DNA of 59,996 nt from a virus (lineage: Duplodnaviria > Caudoviricetes). The position numbers and the translations under genes are program-made. The stretch is from IMG/VR virus record IMGVR_UViG_3300023174_000183, positions 1-59,996 of that record. One strand, written 5' to 3'. The notes beneath the pieces were generated by a model, which searched no databases, was not told where the DNA came from, and was given only the letters and a program-made list of their open reading frames with translations. Shown in pieces: positions 56,388 to 59,996 of the stretch (its first letter is position 1; each line of letters opens with the position of its first letter).

Positions 56388-57281
56388 ATGAACAAGTATG
56401 AAAAGTTAATTGAGTACATCATCAATGATGAATCAGATCGTGCTCGTGAACTATTCCATGAAATTGTTGTTGAAAAGTCACGTGACATCTATGAAAGCAT
56501 CATGGACGATGAAGAAGAAATGGATGAGACAGTTGGTGGCAATCCTGTCAAAGGTCTGATGCAAGACGTTCAGATGGACGAGGAAGGTATCAGCGAAGAA
56601 GAAGACGATGACATGGATCATGATTTGGTCATGGGCGACGAAGACAGTGATATGGACATGGGCGATGAAATGGATCACCACGCCGATGTCGGTGGTGAAG
56701 AGGCGTTGGAAGACCGTGTCATGGATCTTGAAGATGCATTAGACGAGCTAAAGGCTGAATTTGATCAACTAATGGCTGGTGAAGAGCATGAAGAAGAAAT
56801 GTACCCAGGCATTCACGGTGATGAAGATGAATCAGCTGAAGATTCAGAAGAAGATTCAGAAGAAGACGAAGAACTAGACGAAACACTAGTCCGCGAGTAC
56901 GTCGAGCGTGTTAGTGACACTGGTCAGAAGTCCGAAGGTGGTGAAGTTGGTCGCGGTGGCAAATCAGCCAACATCAACAAGCAAAGCAACGTCGCCAGCA
57001 AGAATGACATGGGCGGCTCAGCCAAGAACATCGCCACAGGCAAAGCTAATCCTGCTCCAGACGGTCAACGCCCTGCAGGCAAAGCCAGTGGATTCGTTAA
57101 GCCAGCACAGGAACTAGATGTTGCCAAGCGCAATGTCAACAAGCCAGGTGGCCACGGTGCTGACAAGTTTTACGGTCACAAAGAAACCAGCTGGGAAAAG
57201 AACAAGGGTGCCGAAGGTCAGACCACTGACGGCAAACTACCAGTCAGTAACAAGAGTCTGGTTGGTGGTAAAGTACGTTAA
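56388..57281 (+). CDS. Acidic prohead core protein
   Basis: Very Asp/Glu-rich N-terminal half, basic Gly-rich C-terminal half; upstream of the protease; strong RBS. Confidence 0.7.
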   Translation: MNKYEKLIEYIINDESDRARELFHEIVVEKSRDIYESIMDDEEEMDETVGGNPVKGLMQDVQMDEEGISEEEDDDMDHDLVMGDEDSDMDMGDEMDHHADVGGEEALEDRVMDLEDALDELKAEFDQLMAGEEHEEEMYPGIHGDEDESAEDSEEDSEEDEELDETLVREYVERVSDTGQKSEGGEVGRGGKSANINKQSNVASKNDMGGSAKNIATGKANPAPDGQRPAGKASGFVKPAQELDVAKRNVNKPGGHGADKFYGHKETSWEKNKGAEGQTTDGKLPVSNKSLVGGKVR

Positions 57282-57295
57282 TTCGGGAAACATCC

Positions 57296-57937
57296 ATGTC
57301 CATGTATCTTAGAGAAAATTTAACATTTGACCATGCCAGAATGGAAGTTCTGAGAGAAAGTCATGCAGACGGTCAGAGTAAGAATCTCTACATGAAGGGT
57401 ATATTCATTCAGGGTGGTGTTAAAAATCACAATGAAAGAATATACCCAGTGGATGAAATTAGCAGTGCTGTTACCAGCATCAACGAACAAATCAAGGGTG
57501 GCTACAGCGTATTAGGCGAAGTAGATCATCCAGATGATTTGAAAATTAACCTGGACCGTGTGAGCCATATGATCACAGAAATGTGGATGGATGGCCCCAA
57601 CGGTTTTGGTAAACTCAAGATTCTACCAACCCCCATGGGCAAACTAGTTGAGACCATGCTGGAAAGTGGAGTCAAACTTGGCGTATCAAGTCGCGGCAGC
57701 GGAAACGTTAACGAGGCAGACGGCAAGGTCAGTGACTTTGAAATAGTCACTGTGGATGTAGTTGCGCAACCTAGTGCACCCAATGCATACCCCAAGGCCA
57801 TTTACGAAGGGCTAATGAACATGCGTGGTGGACACCGGGTATTCGAGGTGGCCCGTGAAGCCAGCGCAGATCAAAGAGTACAACAGTACTTGAAAAATGC
57901 TGTAACAAGTCTAATTAAAGATTTGAAAATTAAATAG
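57296..57937 (+). CDS. gp21: Prohead protease (T4 gp21-like)
   Basis: GIFIQGGVKNHNERIYP, LGEVDHP, VSHMI, GVSSRGSG, DVVAQPSAPNA. Confidence 0.95.
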   Translation: MSMYLRENLTFDHARMEVLRESHADGQSKNLYMKGIFIQGGVKNHNERIYPVDEISSAVTSINEQIKGGYSVLGEVDHPDDLKINLDRVSHMITEMWMDGPNGFGKLKILPTPMGKLVETMLESGVKLGVSSRGSGNVNEADGKVSDFEIVTVDVVAQPSAPNAYPKAIYEGLMNMRGGHRVFEVAREASADQRVQQYLKNAVTSLIKDLKIK

Positions 57938-57946
57938 GAGATCACA

Positions 57947-59041
57947 ATGTTAGATGCTATCAAACCATTGTTAGATAGTGGCATCATCAATGAAGATACT
58001 CAGACTGCACTAAACGAGGCCTGGGAATCAAAGTTGACTGAAGCACGTGAAATTATCCGCGCAGAATTGCGTGAAGAATTTGCTGGCCGCTATGAACATG
58101 ACAAGGCTGTAATGGTTGAAGCTCTAGACAAAATGGTTACTGAAAGCCTTACTGCTGAACTCAGTGAGTTTGCCAGTGAGAAACGAGCTCTTGCTGAAGA
58201 TCGTGTGAAGTTTCAAAAGCACATGGTTGAAAGTGCAGGCAAGTTTGATAACTTCCTAGTTGGCAAACTGTCTGAAGAAATCAAAGAATTGCGTGCTGAT
58301 CGTAAAATTCAAAAGGAAGCTATTGCTAAACTTGAGAAGTTTGTGATCCACGCACTTGCTGAAGAAATCAAAGAGTTTGATCAAGACAAACGTGCTGTGG
58401 TTGAAACCAAAGTTAAACTGGTTGCAGAAGCTCAAATCAAAATAGCTGAAATGCAACGAGCTTTTGTCAAACGCAGTGCCAAGCTAGTCAAGGAAACAGT
58501 AACAAAACATCTAGGCTCAGAAATAACTCAATTGAAAGAGGACATCCAAAGTGCTCGCGAGAACATGTTTGGTCGTCGTTTGTTCGAGGCATTTGCTAGT
58601 GAGTTTGCAGTTACTCATCTGAATGAGAACCGTGAATTTGCCAAACTACAAGCTATTATTGCACATAAAGATCAGCAATTGGCAGAAAGTAAGGCACAGC
58701 TAGCTACGAAAAATCAATTGGTTGAATCAAAGGAAAGAGAAGTCCGTGTAATTACAGAAACTGTTGCTCGTAAAGAAAAGTTGGCTGAATTGCTGGGTCC
58801 TCTTAACAAAGAAAAAGCAGACGTAATGTCTAGCTTACTGGAAGGTGTGCAGACTGACCGTCTTCAATCTGCATACGACAAGTATCTACCAGCAGTTCTA
58901 AACAATTCGGCAGCTAAAAAATCTGAAAAGACTATGCTGGCCGAGTCGCGTGTAGAAGTAACTGGTGATAAATCTGCTAGTGTAAGCGTTGAAAATCATG
59001 ACAATGTCATTGAGATCAAACGTTTAGCAGGGCTAAAGTAG
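57947..59041 (+). CDS. gp22: Prohead scaffold (T4 gp22-like)
   Basis: Coiled-coil, lies between protease and capsid genes; GRRLFEAFASE; several L/M-x-E protease-type sites. Confidence 0.82.
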   Translation: MLDAIKPLLDSGIINEDTQTALNEAWESKLTEAREIIRAELREEFAGRYEHDKAVMVEALDKMVTESLTAELSEFASEKRALAEDRVKFQKHMVESAGKFDNFLVGKLSEEIKELRADRKIQKEAIAKLEKFVIHALAEEIKEFDQDKRAVVETKVKLVAEAQIKIAEMQRAFVKRSAKLVKETVTKHLGSEITQLKEDIQSARENMFGRRLFEAFASEFAVTHLNENREFAKLQAIIAHKDQQLAESKAQLATKNQLVESKEREVRVITETVARKEKLAELLGPLNKEKADVMSSLLEGVQTDRLQSAYDKYLPAVLNNSAAKKSEKTMLAESRVEVTGDKSASVSVENHDNVIEIKRLAGLK

Positions 59042-59071
59042 TACACACTTTTATTAAAGGAAAAATAAGAA

Positions 59072-59996
59072 ATGAAAAACCAACTATTAGAAGGCCGTTG
59101 GAACGAGACCAAAGACGCCCTGTTAGAAGGACTGCAAGGTACTCGTAGAAACACCATGGCCGTGATTCTAGAAAACACCAAGAGACACTTGATGGAAAAT
59201 GCAACCACAGGCGCAACAGCGTCAAGTAACGTTGCAACATTGAACCGCGTTATTCTGCCAGTAATTCGTCGTGTCATGCCAACAGTTATCGCTAACGAAA
59301 TCGTCGGCGTTCAACCAATGACAGGCCCAGTTGCACAGATTCACACTCTGCGTGTTCGTTATGCTGAGTCAAACAACGCCAACGGTACATCAAACGATGT
59401 AACAGCAGGCGACGAAGCACTGAGCCCATTCAAGGTTGCTGTTGCTTACTCAGGCGACGGCACAGCAGGTTTGGCCAGTTCAACAAGTAGTCTAGAAGGC
59501 GTTCCAGGTCGCAAGATCAACGTTCAAATCCTGAAGCAAGTTGTTGAAGCCAAGACACGTAAGCTAAGTGCACGTTGGACATTCGAAGCAGCACAGGATG
59601 CACAATCAATGCACGGCCTAGACGTTGAAGCAGAAATCATGGCTGCTTTGGCTCAGGAAATCACTGTTGAAATCGACCAGGAAATTCTAGCAAGTCTGCG
59701 TAGTCTAAGTGGCAACACCTACAACTACAACCAATCAACAGTTTCAGGCACAGCAACATTCGTTGGTGATGAACACGCTGCTCTAGCAGTTCTGATCAAC
59801 CGTGCTGCAAACCTAATCGCTCAACGCACACGTCGTGGCGCTGGTAACTGGGCAGTTGTTAGCCCAGCCGCATTGACAGTTCTGCAATCAGCAACCACAT
59901 CAGCATTTGCTCGCACAACAGAAGGCACATTCGAAGCTCCAACCAACACCAAGTTCGTTGGTACATTGAACGGCGCAATGCGTGTTTATGTTGACG
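59072..59996 (+). CDS. gp23: Major capsid protein (T4 gp23-like), 3' partial; not in ORF track
   Basis: Manual translation MKNQLLEGRW...VIRRVMPTVIANEIVGVQPMTGPVAQIHTLRVRY...VEAKTRKLSARWTFEAAQD...EITVEIDQEIL...TRRGAGNW. Confidence 0.96.
   Translation, partial: MKNQLLEGRWNETKDALLEGLQGTRRNTMAVILENTKRHLMENATTGATASSNVATLNRVILPVIRRVMPTVIANEIVGVQPMTGPVAQIHTLRVRYAESNNANGTSNDVTAGDEALSPFKVAVAYSGDGTAGLASSTSSLEGVPGRKINVQILKQVVEAKTRKLSARWTFEAAQDAQSMHGLDVEAEIMAALAQEITVEIDQEILASLRSLSGNTYNYNQSTVSGTATFVGDEHAALAVLINRAANLIAQRTRRGAGNWAVVSPAALTVLQSATTSAFARTTEGTFEAPTNTKFVGTLNGAMRVYVD

Noticed and set aside
56838-56870. GAAGATTCAGAA tandem repeat as a regulatory or contingency locus
   Set aside because: Only about two in-frame units encoding EDSE within an acidic low-complexity tract.
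917-59277. Numerous short antisense or nested ORFs in the ORF track (e.g. 8938-9558, 34832-35518, 51738-52415, 39024-39617)
   Set aside because: They lie within well-supported genes, show no recognisable motifs or RBS, and are explained as shadow frames.
1-59996. Stop-codon reassignment, inteins or homing endonucleases
   Set aside because: Genes are full length in the standard code with TAA, TAG and TGA all used as stops; no intein termini or LAGLIDADG, HNH or GIY-YIG motifs were seen.

Overview
Fragment of a large T4-superfamily myophage genome. By my recall it resembles jumbo/environmental T4-like phages rather than T4 itself; I could not search to confirm this. 1-12.8 kb (minus strand): a tightly coupled accessory operon with three GT-A-like glycosyltransferases, six tandem radical SAM enzymes that each carry an N-terminal Cys-rich auxiliary domain, a His/Glu-motif unknown protein, an uncalled 33-aa basic peptide, an SGNH-like protein and possibly the first codons of a carbamoyltransferase. 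12.9-43.8 kb (minus): tail fibre and baseplate module, including a 4388-aa virion protein and gp6-, gp25-, gp5-, gp27-, gp53- and gp48-like genes. 43.8-49.7 kb (plus): gp55 late sigma, gp47/gp46 with an inserted SGNH gene, an Hc1 histone-like protein, a methyltransferase and an Hjc-like resolvase. 49.66-50.12 kb: a densely base-paired non-coding element. 50.1-51.2 kb (minus): a gp26-like chaperone with a probable -1 programmed frameshift. 51.3-60 kb (plus): tape measure, portal, core proteins, prohead protease, scaffold and a partial major capsid gene. Best leads are the glycosyltransferase/radical SAM operon, the structured non-coding element and the frameshift. All product calls come from motif recognition by eye, not database searches.
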